DNA of 64,000 nt from Eledone cirrhosa (taxonomy: Eukaryota). A program made the position numbers and the translations under genes. The notes below the pieces were generated by a model. That model was not told the origin of the DNA. It saw only the letters and a list, made by a program, of their open reading frames with translations, and ran no database searches. Location of the stretch: positions 272,924,001-272,988,000 of the forward strand of contig OZ024740.1 in NCBI GenBank assembly GCA_964016885.1. Direction: 5' to 3'. Positions 13,806-27,304 of this stretch are shown piece by piece. Each line of letters starts with the position of its first letter. Position 1 is the stretch's first letter.

Positions 13806-13895
13806 AATTGTGTATGCGTGTATGTTTGTGTATTTATATATGTATATATGAGAATCTCTCTCTCTCTTTCTCGCTCTCTGTATATATATATACAC

Positions 13896-13973
<78 letters not shown>

Positions 13974-14398
13974 CTGAAGTTTTGTGTGTGTTTGTGGACA
14001 CTTTTTAATGAGGGCTCATATATTATAAACCATTCATGCGATTTCTTTGAAATTTTTTACAGTGTTTCTCCCTGCACAAACCCTGTACATGATCTGCACA
14101 GGCTTTCATAAATCGATATTGGGGCCTTTGGAGACTTTAAAAAAGTTTCGGTTATTTGTGTCAATTTTCGTGATTAAGTAAGACAAGAGTTATCTTACGT
14201 CAATACAATAGGAACTCATTTTTGATGTCAAAAATTTTGTTTTGGGATTTTGATTATTACAATTCGGCTCATTCGGATTTTATTTTACTCTTTGTACTTG
14301 ATACAAAATGTTTTACTGCTGTCAAAAAAATGTATACCTAGACTGGATTTCTGTTGGATAACGGATAACACCGAGCTTACATATTAATTATTTCGAAA

Positions 14399-14434
<36 letters not shown>

Positions 14435-14851
14435 CATTTATATGTATATATATATATATTTTCCATTTATATGTAGTATTTCTACAGTTTCTTTGTTTAA
14501 TCATCGGCGATATTCATATCGGTCATTCGTAGTGACAAAACCTGGCATAACTTTTGTGATTAAAGGAGTAACTATCTTTAGTTTTAAAATAGTTGACATG
14601 CTGAACCGATACGTGTCTTGCGCGGTAAATTGTGGTAATCTTTCTATATTTTATTAATTTGGTATATTTGATGTCCATTCGACCAGTTTGTTTTATTCAC
14701 GTAAACATAATTTTATAACACCTACTACTTGTTGCGACATACTGCGACATCTATCAATGGTGATATGGATAATTTAGGTAGTCTGATTAACTCTTTTATA
14801 TATATATATATAAATATATATATTTATATATATGTGTGTGTGTGTGTATGT

Positions 14852-14901
<50 letters not shown>

Positions 14902-15301
14902 CTGCCTGTGTGTGTCTGTGTGTGTGTATGTGTGTCTGTGTAAATATATATATATATATAGAGAGAGAGATTGAGGGATACGTCTATTTATATATGGCAT
15001 ATAATTAATAATGCTTTATAAACAAGTAAATTTGTGTGCTTCTAGCTAAGTGGTCACTTATCAATATTTTCATATAATTAGGACTTGAATGGAATTTGCT
15101 TTAATATGTATTCTGTAATATAGATTGATTCGCTTTTATTAAAATTTTTTTTTCGATTAACCGGAACCGACTCTACACTATCAGTTGGTGAAGCCCTCTA
15201 CTTGCAAGTGTTAAGCTTTACTGCATTTCATCTCGTTTTATCTACATTCCTCTTGTCCTTATTTCGATTTATTCCAGTAGTTTATTATTATTGTTATTGG
15301 C

Positions 15302-15498
15302 AAGGACGGTGGATTGACAGTATCGGTAGAGGGTTGGAAGTTATGCTTTGCCACATAGAGTTACGGCCCTTTAGGGTCTGAATTCAAATCCCGCTGAGGC
15401 TAACTTTGCCTTTCACCTTTATGGGCTCGATAAAATAAAGAACCAATAATGCACTGGGGTAATTGCTGGCCTTGTGTCAAAAGTAGAAACAATTATTT
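15302..15498 (+). mobile_element. SINE family 1, full length
   Basis: A box, B box (gaattcaaatcc), core and tail, as in the other copies. Confidence 0.85.
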
Positions 15499-15892
15499 TG
15501 TGGGAGAGAGGATTCTAATTCATCTCACCATCAGTCGTTTCTTTTGAAGCCATATTTGACCCAATATAACCCGCCCTTCCACCATATTTAACATTTCGGT
15601 ATTTTGTTAAATCTTTCACTAATCGTAGTTTCTCAAGGATCTATATACATAGGAAGGAACCCCTTGAATGCCGTTGCTCAATTAAGTGACTAAATTCTCC
15701 ATAGTGTATACCCGTATATGCCGTAACACTTGAAGCATTTACATATATATTTAATGCATGTATATGTGTTTGTGTGTGTTTATATCTATGTGAGTATCAC
15801 TACAGCTATCACCACTACTACTACCACTACAGCTATCATTACCACTACAGCTATCATCACCACCACCATTATCACTACTACCACAACAGCTA

Positions 15893-16080
15893 TCAGCGCT
15901 CGTCAAATCGGAACGAAGAAACAATGTTTCCATTGATCTTTCCAATTGCTAATACTATCTACCGCATGCAAATCCAGGCAGAAAGAGCAGCATGAAATAA
16001 GGCATCACCTGGTCCAGGAATCGAACTCACAACCCCACGATTGCGAATCCAATTCTCTAACCATTCAGTCACGCGTCTTC
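15893..16080 (-). mobile_element. tRNA-derived SINE (family 2 head, alternative tail)
   Basis: gaatcgaactcacaac...ctaacca...cacgcgtcttc. Homolog at 32942-33148. Confidence 0.75.
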
Positions 16081-17185
16081 GCTAATATACATACATAAAT
16101 AGCCTTGTTTGTGTTTAAGTACTATGACTTAGCGGTCCGACAAATAATTATCAATAAAATAAATACCAGACTTGAAAATCAAAATGCCGAGGTCGGTGAG
16201 ATAGAATAGTACCTTAAAGGCGGGGCTTTTATTTCTTCCACTGGCGTATTGTTGAGGAAAGATAGCTGGTTTTCCATGATACGTTATAAATAATAATCAT
16301 TTGCAACCTCACAATCCTATGATTTATGAAATCTCCATCGAATAGAGAAATATTAAGTGTTAATAAACGTTGGTGAAGAGGCGTATGGTGAGCATAACGA
16401 AAGGACTTGGGAACTATGTATGACAATATGTAGTCATATAAACATTACTGTGATTCCTATGATTTGAATTACTAGAAAAAAACCCTTGTTTTAGTAAATG
16501 AACGAGATTGAAATAGCTGTAACCAGAATAATTATAGATATTTAGTTTTACAAAATGGTGCGGGGAGAATAGCAGGAAGGCAATGTACGAAAACTAAAGT
16601 TAAATATAAGATGGTCAATGTTAGGTCATATATATTTTTTGCAAAATTTAAAATATAAACATTGAAAAGATAAACAAAATAAAAAAAATGACGGACGAAA
16701 AAATATCGTCCAAAAGAACAAGGCTATGAAAAAGAGCAAACATTATTTATTGGTAAACAAACATTCATCTAATGTAACTAACGTTGTATTCCAAATTAAA
16801 CAACAGTCATCAAATTATATAGAAAAACAAAGATGGAATCCAAGCATAAGGGAAATAACAGACAAAATCAAACCATTTTTGAAAAAAAGAATGTACGTAA
16901 ACAAACTTTTCTAGATATTGAAATTTCGAGTGAAAACAAACAAAGCAAAGATGATGTGTATATATATAAATAAAATATAAACATTAGACAATGTTTAAAA
17001 AATAAAGTAAAATAAAAAATTCAGTAAATGAAGGGTAAAGATGTTCATCTTTCATTAAGATTCAAGAGATAATTACTTTTGAGTTTTATAGAAAACAAAG
17101 GGTGTTTACTAAATTATATACCTTCCATTATTTCATATTAATACTTACGTATATATTATATGTAGTATACACATATATGTGTACA

Positions 17186-17279
<94 letters not shown>

Positions 17280-17374
17280 AATATTTATGTATATACATAT
17301 ATACATATATATATATATATTCACACACATATATGTACATATATATGTGTATACTACATATAATATATACGTAA

Positions 17375-17452
<78 letters not shown>

Positions 17453-17956
17453 CTGTGCGTGTGTGTGTCTGTGTCTGGTTCTGTGTTAGAGTATGTGTGT
17501 GTGTGTGTGTAAGGTCATAAATTATTTGACAGACTGCCAAAGTAGATATATGAATAGATAAATATTTGAAGAAATATCAATACTATAGTATGAAGATGGG
17601 AACGATAGAAATTTAGAGAAGCAAGCAGTAAAAAAATGCACAAATGTGACAGAATGTAGATACAAAAAGCAGGAAAAAACGAATGAACGAAATAAAGGAC
17701 ACAGAGATAGACAAACAAATAAAAGAAGGCAGAATACATAAAAAGTGGAATAAAGGGCGTGGGATGAAAACAAAGAAGTGTGGCATACTTAGTGATAATA
17801 TACGGAACCACACAATGCCATACCTCAAATAAAATACAAAACATATCAACACCAAAGGTTTGAAAAAATGGCATAACAATTTATTTGCTCTTATTCATTG
17901 TTCGCTTAACGTAAACATTTGATAATTGAGAAGATAAGCGCTGGTATTAGAACTTC

Positions 17957-17958
17957 TT

Positions 17959-18003
<45 letters not shown>

Positions 18004-18026
18004 TACTGCTGCTGCTGCTGCTGTTG

Positions 18027-18064
<38 letters not shown>

Positions 18065-18090
18065 GCTGCTGTTTCCTGCTGCTACTGCTG

Positions 18091-18169
<79 letters not shown>

Positions 18170-18170
18170 G
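17957..18170. repeat. (CTA)n/(CTG)n trinucleotide microsatellite
   Basis: Direct reading of the sequence. Confidence 0.95.
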
Positions 18171-18420
18171 ACAAAGACAATATATATATATATATACATA
18201 TAAACATACACACACAATGTGAAGAACAATTACAGCATGAATATCAATTCTGTTAATCTTTTCTCTCCGGCCGAAAGTCAATGAACCGTGAAAATATATC
18301 GTATCATGATAAAGTAAAACCTAAAAGGAAAACGAAGCGAAAGAACAATATCATCAATAAACACTTTAAAACTGAAGATGTCATCACCCACAAAACATTT
18401 ACATTACAACAACATGGTAG

Positions 18421-18494
<74 letters not shown>

Positions 18495-18971
18495 TCTTTC
18501 ACTCTTTTACCTGTTTCAGCCATCCGGCTGAGGCCACGCTGGGGCACCGATATGTATATAATTTTCTAGACAAAAATGAGAGGAGGCCAAAAAGGTTGAA
18601 TTCCCTCAATTATTTATTTCTGCAAACACTTTACACATATCCGTGGCGAGATTACGTATGAACCTGGTGACATCATCAGGTATACATTGCATATTAGTTG
18701 TATACCAACGGAATGATGGTAAACACATTCCAAGAGGCTCTAAGGGAAAACAGCAGAGAAGAAAAAAAACAGAACAGAACATGTTATTTTTAATTTTGAC
18801 TTAAAAGCGATCGTGGTAGCCTGTTGTTCTCAGCTTGACTCGTCACCACCAGTAGGATTCAACATCCTATATGGATGTGTTGCCAAACATTCAGTACTTT
18901 CCTACTATTACATCATGGTTAACATTGCAGAACGACCAATTCTACCTAGTGGTGAACCACAACATTTCACC

Positions 18972-19035
<64 letters not shown>

Positions 19036-19720
19036 TTAATATCTAGTAACATATATATACATACATACATACACATATCAATGCTAGCAAATATATAGGT
19101 TTTGTTTAAGTAACTTTGTGGTTCAATGCATGGGGTTGCAGAACTATAATATGAGAGACGTAAAATAAGAAAATTATAAAATTAACTTACTTACTAAAAT
19201 TTCACTCCCAACTAATTAGTTTCTGAAATGGAATAAATATACTTTCCGAAGAAAATATGAAGAAGCATTTCGTCGACAGGGAAGACTATTCTCAGCTAAG
19301 TATCCAGGCAAAGCGTGGACTCTGGAAACTTATACAAAAATAATTCAGTGGATAGAAAATAGCAAAGCGTGGACTGAATTCCTAGACATTGAGAAAATCA
19401 CTGCCTCTGCGTCGGTGGCAAATTCAAAAAGAATCAATCACGTGACATCGAGGTCAATCAGTGGAAAGTGGTTTGCTAATAAGACAGCGGCCTGCCTGCT
19501 ACCATAGCAGCAGTCATGGCCAATATTGCTCGACAAATAATTTGGAGATAATTATAAAGAATTAATATCTAGTAACATATATATACATACAGATGCATAT
19601 CAATGCTAGCAAATATATAGGTTTTGTCTTAGTAACTTTGTGGTTCAATGCATGGGGTTGCAGAACAATAATACGAGAGACGTAAAATAAGAAAATTATA
19701 AAATTAACTTACTTACTAAA

Positions 19721-19761
<41 letters not shown>

Positions 19762-19795
19762 AGATTTGAATGGATACAGTTTAGTTGAAAGGAAT

Positions 19796-19912
19796 TTATT
19801 GACACGTGTTTCTATAACAGTTACATAACCTAAAACAGCTATCTACAAACTTTTAGTTATGCAGACATTCAATATTTCAATGTTATTATTTACTGTCATT
19901 TCATCAGAATAA
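19796..19912 (-). ncRNA. Type I hammerhead in the PLE1 3' terminal region (left copy)
   Basis: Reverse complement of 24005-24121. Confidence 0.75.
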
Positions 19913-20505
19913 TATTACTGAGGACCTATTTAGTTTTTATAGAGAATATTAGGAGGAAGGGGTGAAGTTGTTAGAAGAATAGTTGAAGGAGTGGTTTTTC
20001 GATAGCAGTGAGAATTCTTGGTGGCAGTGATTAATTAGATTCCCATCTGTTGTTTTGACATTTTCTTTTATAGAATATATTATTGGTTATTTTTCTAAAT
20101 CTATAGAAGGATTAGAGATAGTAAAGATATGCGTGGTTGGTTTTGTGTTTGCACTTAACATTCAGACTTAAATTTTTCTTTCAAGTGTACGTATTCTTTC
20201 ACCCACGCATTCACACACAAATATATTTGCACACCTCTACAAAATACATATACTCACAATTCACATATTCATACTTACATATATATACACATGCATACAC
20301 ATATATATACACACATGTATTCATGTACATACATACGCGCTCATGTGTATACATTTTCATACTCAACTTATCTTTATATATACACACGTATAGACACACA
20401 CATATATACATACATACTCTAGTCCATGTGTACACACATACACATACATACACATCCATATACACATACATACATACACATATATATATACATATATACA
20501 TATAC

Positions 20506-20536
<31 letters not shown>

Positions 20537-20559
20537 CACATACATATATACACAGATAT

Positions 20560-20594
<35 letters not shown>

Positions 20595-20863
20595 AGCACT
20601 TTAATACATGAATACACTTACATCTAACTATACACATCAAACATATATATATATTTACTTATTTATATACATTTTCACATATATATACATACTTATGGAC
20701 GTTTTTAGACACATTCATTATCGCATATTTGTACCTATTCTCATCAGCATATCTTTTCATTATTAGTATGGTAATTTAAGGTTATTAATATATGTTGAAA
20801 AGAGATTGTTTTTATATTTTTCTAACTAGATTAAGGTTTATATAGTTGGGGGATGTCCCTCTT

Positions 20864-22037
20864 TTATGTAATATTCGGCTTGTAGTGGGAAAAAAGGGTT
20901 TTAGTTCTGTGACGGCAGAATAATGTTCGTTCAATTCTGTTATTCAGCAGTTTCTTCTTGTGTGTGATTATGTAATAAATCTCAAGATTACACAATTTGC
21001 AGAAATTTTGGCTCCTGGAAAAGCTTTGGGTTTTAGCTAATTTTTCCCATTTTAGGGTAAACTTTTGATTGCTATCCCTGAGCGTCCAAGCTTGCTCTGC
21101 TAAAGTTGTTACATTTCTTTGGCTCTGGTGTTTTATTGAGTAAGAATGCCTATACAATCGAGATTTAAACGATGTTGCCGTTGATCCCACGTAATACCAC
21201 TCGTTGCCTCCGGATTTAATGGTACACTTATAAATAATATTTTTTTCCAGGCAGTTATTGCCGAGGGGGCAGTTGTCAGGATAGGTGCAGTTACAGTTGT
21301 GTACGTTGGGTTTTCTCTGGAGTAGTATTGCGGACGAACTTAGGTGTGGTTTATTTATGTTCTGTAGTGTATTGTCTACTGTTTTTTTGGGGTTCTTTGT
21401 ACTTAAGTTCTTAGTGTTTTCGTTTAACCTTCTAGTATTGATCTTTTTTATGTGTTGTTCAAGGTTTAACGCTGTAGAGTATGACAGTCTTATAGTGGTA
21501 GGGTTTAGGATTTTGTGGTATTTGTGTGATGTGGGAAAATGTCTTTTAATTATTTTAAAGAAGAGTACTGGTAAATTTGTACTAATGGAGCTATTGTATT
21601 CGGGGTTATACCATAAGTACTCTTTGCATCGCTTTCTATTAGTTTTGTTTGTTGGTTTACTGGTGTGCATACTATGGTAGTAAGTGTGGTTTGGTGTTGT
21701 GTTATTATATCTACCTATGTGGGATTTATTTTGGGTGTTTTGATTGTTCCCATCTATGTACTCTATTTTGTTGAGGTAGCCTGCTTTACTAAGGGCGTTA
21801 TCGTAGTACTCGGCGTGTTCCTTAAATACTTGTATGTTAGAAGATAGACCCGAGATTCTAAGGGAAATATTTTTAGGGATAGATTTAATTATAGAGATGG
21901 GGTGGTTAGACCCAACATTTACGTATTTCAGATTTTCATTCAATTTATGAAACGGTTTAATCAAACCAGAGTTTAAATTGAGTGTGACATCCAGGAAGTT
22001 AACTACTTTAAGGTTGTATTCATATGTTATAGTTAGT
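20864..22037 (-). CDS. 5'-truncated PLE ORF: RT C-terminus/thumb plus GIY-YIG endonuclease (open frame, no true start)
   Basis: VNFLDVTL...PFHK.NE...YV..GSNHP..I (PLE RT motif 7/thumb), WYNPEY..S..TN, CNC..CPL..NC...NIIY.C....YYVGST..FK.RL..H (GIY-YIG), C.LC..E, LN.R.E...CRH. Confidence 0.9.
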
Positions 22038-23051
22038 CCTAAAAATATTTCCCTTAGAATCTCGGGTCTATCTTCTAACATACAAGTATTTAAGGAACAC
22101 GCCGAGTACTACGATAACGCCCTTAGTAAAGCAGGCTACCTCAACAAAATAGAGTACATAGATGGGAACAATCAAAACACCCAAAATAAATCCCACATAG
22201 GTAGATATAATAACACAACACCAAACCACACTTACTACCATAGTATGCACACCAGTAAACCAACAAACAAAACTAATAGAAAGCGATGCAAAGAGTACTT
22301 ATGGTATAACCCCGAATACAATAGCTCCATTAGTACAAATTTACCAGTACTCTTCTTTAAAATAATTAAAAGACATTTTCCCACATCACACAAATACCAC
22401 AAAATCCTAAACCCTACCACTATAAGACTGTCATACTCTACAGCGTTAAACCTTGAACAACACATAAAAAAGATCAATACTAGAAGGTTAAACGAAAACA
22501 CTAAGAACTTAAGTACAAAGAACCCCAAAAAAACAGTAGACAATACACTACAGAACATAAATAAACCACACCTAAGTTCGTCCGCAATACTACTCCAGAG
22601 AAAACCCAACGTACACAACTGTAACTGCACCTATCCTGACAACTGCCCCCTCGGCAATAACTGCCTGGAAAAAAATATTATTTATAAGTGTACCATTAAA
22701 TCCGGAGGCAACGAGTGGTATTACGTGGGATCAACGGCAACATCGTTTAAATCTCGATTGTATAGGCATTCTTACTCAATAAAACACCAGAGCCAAAGAA
22801 ATGTAACAACTTTAGCAGAGCAAGCTTGGACGCTCAGGGATAGCAATCAAAAGTTTACCCTAAAATGGGAAAAATTAGCTAAAACCCAAAGCTTTTCCAG
22901 GAGCCAAAATTTCTGCAAATTGTGTAATCTTGAGATTTATTACATAATCACACACAAGAAGAAACTGCTGAATAACAGAATTGAACGAACATTATTCTGC
23001 CGTCACAGAACTAAAACCCTTTTTTCCCACTACAAGCCGAATATTACATAA
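22038..23051 (+). CDS. 5'-truncated PLE ORF (inverted copy): thumb plus GIY-YIG endonuclease
   Basis: Same translation as the minus-strand copy from PKNISLRISGLSS to the stop codon. Confidence 0.9.
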   Translation, partial: PKNISLRISGLSSNIQVFKEHAEYYDNALSKAGYLNKIEYIDGNNQNTQNKSHIGRYNNTTPNHTYYHSMHTSKPTNKTNRKRCKEYLWYNPEYNSSISTNLPVLFFKIIKRHFPTSHKYHKILNPTTIRLSYSTALNLEQHIKKINTRRLNENTKNLSTKNPKKTVDNTLQNINKPHLSSSAILLQRKPNVHNCNCTYPDNCPLGNNCLEKNIIYKCTIKSGGNEWYYVGSTATSFKSRLYRHSYSIKHQSQRNVTTLAEQAWTLRDSNQKFTLKWEKLAKTQSFSRSQNFCKLCNLEIYYIITHKKKLLNNRIERTLFCRHRTKTLFSHYKPNIT

Positions 23052-23320
23052 AAGAGGGACATCCCCCAACTATATAAACCTTAATCTAGTTAGAAAAATA
23101 TAAAAACAATCTCTTTTCAACATATATTAATAACCTTAAATTACCATACTAATAATGAAAAGATATGCTGATGAGAATAGGTACAAATATGCGATAATGA
23201 ATGTGTCTAAAAACGTCCATAAGTATGTATATATATGTGAAAATGTATATAAATAAGTAAATATATATATATGTTTGATGTGTATAGTTAGATGTAAGTG
23301 TATTCATGTATTAAAGTGCT

Positions 23321-23357
<37 letters not shown>

Positions 23358-23380
23358 ATATCTGTGTATATATGTATGTG

Positions 23381-23411
<31 letters not shown>

Positions 23412-24004
23412 GTATATGTATATATGTATATATATATGTGTATGTATGTATGTGTATATGGATGTGTATGTATGTGTATGTGTGTACACATGGACTAGAG
23501 TATGTATGTATATATGTGTGTGTCTATACGTGTGTATATATAAAGATAAGTTGAGTATGAAAATGTATACACATGAGCGCGTATGTATGTACATGAATAC
23601 ATGTGTGTATATATATGTGTATGCATGTGTATATATATGTAAGTATGAATATGTGAATTGTGAGTATATGTATTTTGTAGAGGTGTGCAAATATATTTGT
23701 GTGTGAATGCGTGGGTGAAAGAATACGTACACTTGAAAGAAAAATTTAAGTCTGAATGTTAAGTGCAAACACAAAACCAACCACGCATATCTTTACTATC
23801 TCTAATCCTTCTATAGATTTAGAAAAATAACCAATAATATATTCTATAAAAAAAAATGTCAAAACAACAGATGGGAATCTAATTAATCACTGCCACCAAG
23901 AATTCTCACTGCTATCGAAAAACCACTCCTTCAACTATTCTTCTAACAACTTCACCCCTTCCTCCTAATATTCTCTATAAAAACTAAATAGGTCCTCAGT
24001 AATA

Positions 24005-24121
24005 TTATTCTGATGAAATGACAGTAAATAATAACATTGAAATATTGAATGTCTGCATAACTAAAAGTTTGTAGATAGCTGTTTTAGGTTATGTAACTGT
24101 TATAGAAACACGTGTCAATAA
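24005..24121 (+). ncRNA. Type I hammerhead with about 88-nt extended stem II in the PLE1 3' terminal region
   Basis: ttatt-CTGATGA-a-atgacagt...(tgcataac/gttatgta, ctaaaa/ttttag)...actgttat-a-GAAA-cacgtg-TC-aataa. Confidence 0.75.
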
Positions 24122-24268
24122 ATTCCTTTCAACTAAACTGTATCCATTCAAATCTTTCTATTTTTCTCCGGATTACTTTTGGAACTACAACTGGAACCGT
24201 CGAGCAAACTCTACGTGAGCTGATAATCTACTGTGTGTAATATTTATATTACAACACAACGGAAAATA

Positions 24269-24300
<32 letters not shown>

Positions 24301-24302
<2 letters not shown>

Positions 24303-24499
24303 CGAAGGAAATGTGGTAAGGAACCAGGTGGACCATTACGCACCAAAGTACTCAATACTTAGAGTAGTAGAGTGGGTAATAGGAACAAGTAAGACCCCGA
24401 CGGCTGAGCTCAAGCCGTTTCGATGGCTAATTCTGAATTAGCTAATTCAGAATTAGCCGTCGAAACGGCTTGAGCTCAGCCGTCGGGGTCTTACTTGTT

Positions 24500-24504
<5 letters not shown>
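24301..24504. mobile_element. Short fold-back element (126-bp palindrome) carrying the 3' half of a hammerhead
   Basis: Palindrome 24379-24504. GAAA-cggct-tgagctc-agccg-TC gives a full stem III. Related fragment at 11700-11741. Confidence 0.65.
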
Positions 24505-24544
<40 letters not shown>

Positions 24545-24547
<3 letters not shown>

Positions 24548-24728
24548 TTTATCCCGTGTTCAATTGGGGGTATCCACAGTAAGTAAGGTACTCAATACAT
24601 AGCAGAGTATAAATATTTAGTATAGAAATGGCTTCTACAGTACTAGAACTGTTTCATTCGGGAGAAATCATCAAGAAGACCTGATGATTGCTTCAGAATG
24701 AAACAGTTCTAGTCCCGTAGAAGCCATT

Positions 24729-24737
<9 letters not shown>
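24545..24737. mobile_element. Fold-back element family A
   Basis: Homologous to 1880-2070. CTGATGA-ttgcttcagaat-GAAA-cagttc at 24681-24709. Flanked by (TA)n. Confidence 0.75.
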
Positions 24738-24779
<42 letters not shown>

Positions 24780-24969
24780 TAGGGATATTAACGTCCAGTT
24801 TCTGTAGGTACACCAGAGTGAACAATCGATGCGTAGTTTCCAGAAAGTATAGAGGTGTAGAACTAAGCATAGTGCTATAATAACATTAACTGACCACCAT
24901 AAATGAATGTGAATCGTTACATACCATTTCTACGCCCTAAGAGATTCATTCTGTCATTACAACAGCAGA

Positions 24970-25053
24970 GGTCCGACGAGCTTTTGATTACAGATTCGAG
25001 CTAGATCGATACAGATAGAATCTTTAGCTGATCAACAGCGAAACGCCGTCATT
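24970..25053 (+). ncRNA. Degenerate type I hammerhead with extended stem II
   Basis: ggt-CCGACGA-gct..ttgatta..agattc/gaatct..tgatcaa..agc-GAAA-cgccg-TC-att. One core substitution and a weak stem I. Confidence 0.5.
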
Positions 25054-25099
25054 ATTCAATAAACGTAATGATGACATATCAAATCGTCCTTATTATTTT

Positions 25100-25136
<37 letters not shown>

Positions 25137-25195
25137 TATGTGTGTGTGTGTGTGTATGTGTTTGTATATGTGTGTGTGTGTGTGTGGGGGGGTGT

Positions 25196-25272
<77 letters not shown>

Positions 25273-25698
25273 AGTGTGTGTGTGTGTGTGTTTGTGTGTG
25301 TGTGCGCGCGCGTGCGTGCGTGTGTATTTCAATGACAAGAGAAGGCTGGATTCCAAAAATTCTTTTAATGTTGCAAAAATCTCAGTACGTATTTCTATGG
25401 CCTGCTTACATCATTGGATCTTGGCGTAAGACTTTGGCAACGCCATCTGGTGTAAACTGTAAAGATTAAGTAATCAATTCCAGGAATACTTGACAGTTGT
25501 TACGCAATTAACTGAAGTCCTTCATCAGTCGGTTCTGTCATAACGTCAGGTAAACGATATACTCTAGACGTAAACGCTTCTTGACAGACATTTAGGTGGA
25601 GAATTCAAGTGAACGAGACGTTCATAGCCCTTAAATAAGATCTAAAACTAGTAGTTATAAAGTTACTAGTAAATCATATAAAGCTAGGAGAATAATAT

Positions 25699-25885
25699 TG
25701 GGTTGGTACTATCGGTAGAGGGTCGGACGCCATGCTTAGCAGCACCGAGTTACGGCCCTTTACGGCCTGAGTTCAAATCCCGCCGAGGTTAACTTTGCTT
25801 TCTTCCTTATGGGGTCGATAAAATAAAGTACCAGTAATGCACTGGGATAATTGCTGGCCTTGTGCCAAAAGTAGAATCAATTATA
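25699..25885 (+). mobile_element. SINE family 1
   Basis: A/B boxes, core and tail. Confidence 0.85.
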
Positions 25886-26937
25886 TTAGGTTGTATTTTA
25901 AAGTATATTCGCCATATTGCAGATAAATGTTGATGTTTCGTTCTGTTGATTTTACTGTTTATTGCTTCTGGAGTTTCTGTGGTTATTTCTTGTTTTGTTC
26001 TTTCTATTTTTTGCTGTTGTTGATATTGCTTTTGTTTTTGCTGCACTTGTTACTACTGTTACTGTTGTGGTTCCTCGTTGTTCCTGCTATGCTCCTTGAA
26101 CTCTCTATTTTTCCCTTCTTACTGTTGATATTGTTGCGTGTGGCCGTGTCATGGTTGTGACATTGACAGTAAAATGGGTTTCACCCTTATACTCGTTTTT
26201 GATGAAAGAATGCATGTTGTTGTTGGGTGTTCCTGCAAAAGTAGCACTTATTTCATCTGATCTTCACCACAACTGTCATTTGCTCTCTCCTGTGAGTTGT
26301 ATTTGACCAGGGTCTGATGTTTGGCCTACTCGTTGTATGTCAGTGAGATGCCTCCTCAGTTCTTAACATGTGTGTATATTTTTTACCTTCGAAATATGAA
26401 AGTCGATGCCAACTATTGAAGGATTTGAATTCCCAATGTAAAGGAACGTATCAAAATAGCACAAGGCATATTCTCCCCTGTTCTACTAATATGAAGAGAG
26501 AAATATGAAAAATTATGTAACAGAATTGTGTAAACTGAAGCTATAAGGAAAATCTTAAATCAAATATATATATTTCGAAATATATTTGCACCAGTTTATT
26601 CAATATTTTGTATTGTAAAAATGCTATTATTTTATGTATATCTTATATATATGTTTCTGCTTTCCCAATGTTTGTCATAAAATCTTTATACAATACTATA
26701 TTTGTAAGATGTTAAATTATCAATTATTATGTGACAATTATGTTATTTTTTTATCTAAACAAACTACTCATACATTTTTTTCGTGAATGGATGTATGTGT
26801 ACTGGTACGTCTGAGTACATTATCAAACTGTCTCTATATGGATGCATATATATATATACATATATACTTAAACACACGTAGACTTATATATATATATATA
26901 TAAATATATATATTTATATATATATATATTTATATAT

Positions 26938-27044
<107 letters not shown>

Positions 27045-27110
27045 TATATATATATTATTAAACCATTTTTCAACTGTGAACAATTTGTCAGCATTTTCTA
27101 TTCCGTTTAC

Positions 27111-27207
<97 letters not shown>

Positions 27208-27256
27208 TATATATATAAAAGAGTAAAAGAGTAAAAGTGTTACACCTCTATTCTTT

Positions 27257-27304
<48 letters not shown>

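Larger units (their letters stand above)
19757..24271. mobile_element. Penelope-like retroelement 1: two 5'-truncated copies head-to-head forming a 2.1-kb-arm palindrome in (TA)n
   Basis: Arms 19757-21877 and 22038-24160 are near-perfect reverse complements. The 160-nt spacer continues the left copy's RT. The right arm extends to 24271. Both ends abut (TA)n. Confidence 0.93.

Noticed and set aside
18615-18686. CTGATGA motifs here (minus) and at 39615 and 50473 (plus)
   Set aside because: They lack a properly placed GAAA or a stem I partner.
21978-22081. Apparent N-termini of the 405-aa and 357-aa ORFs
   Set aside because: They are read-through into the opposite arm or spacer across the inversion junction at 22037/22038, not genuine starts.
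25385-25532. Minus-strand CTGATGA hammerhead candidate
   Set aside because: No convincing GAAA, stem III and stem I combination could be assigned.
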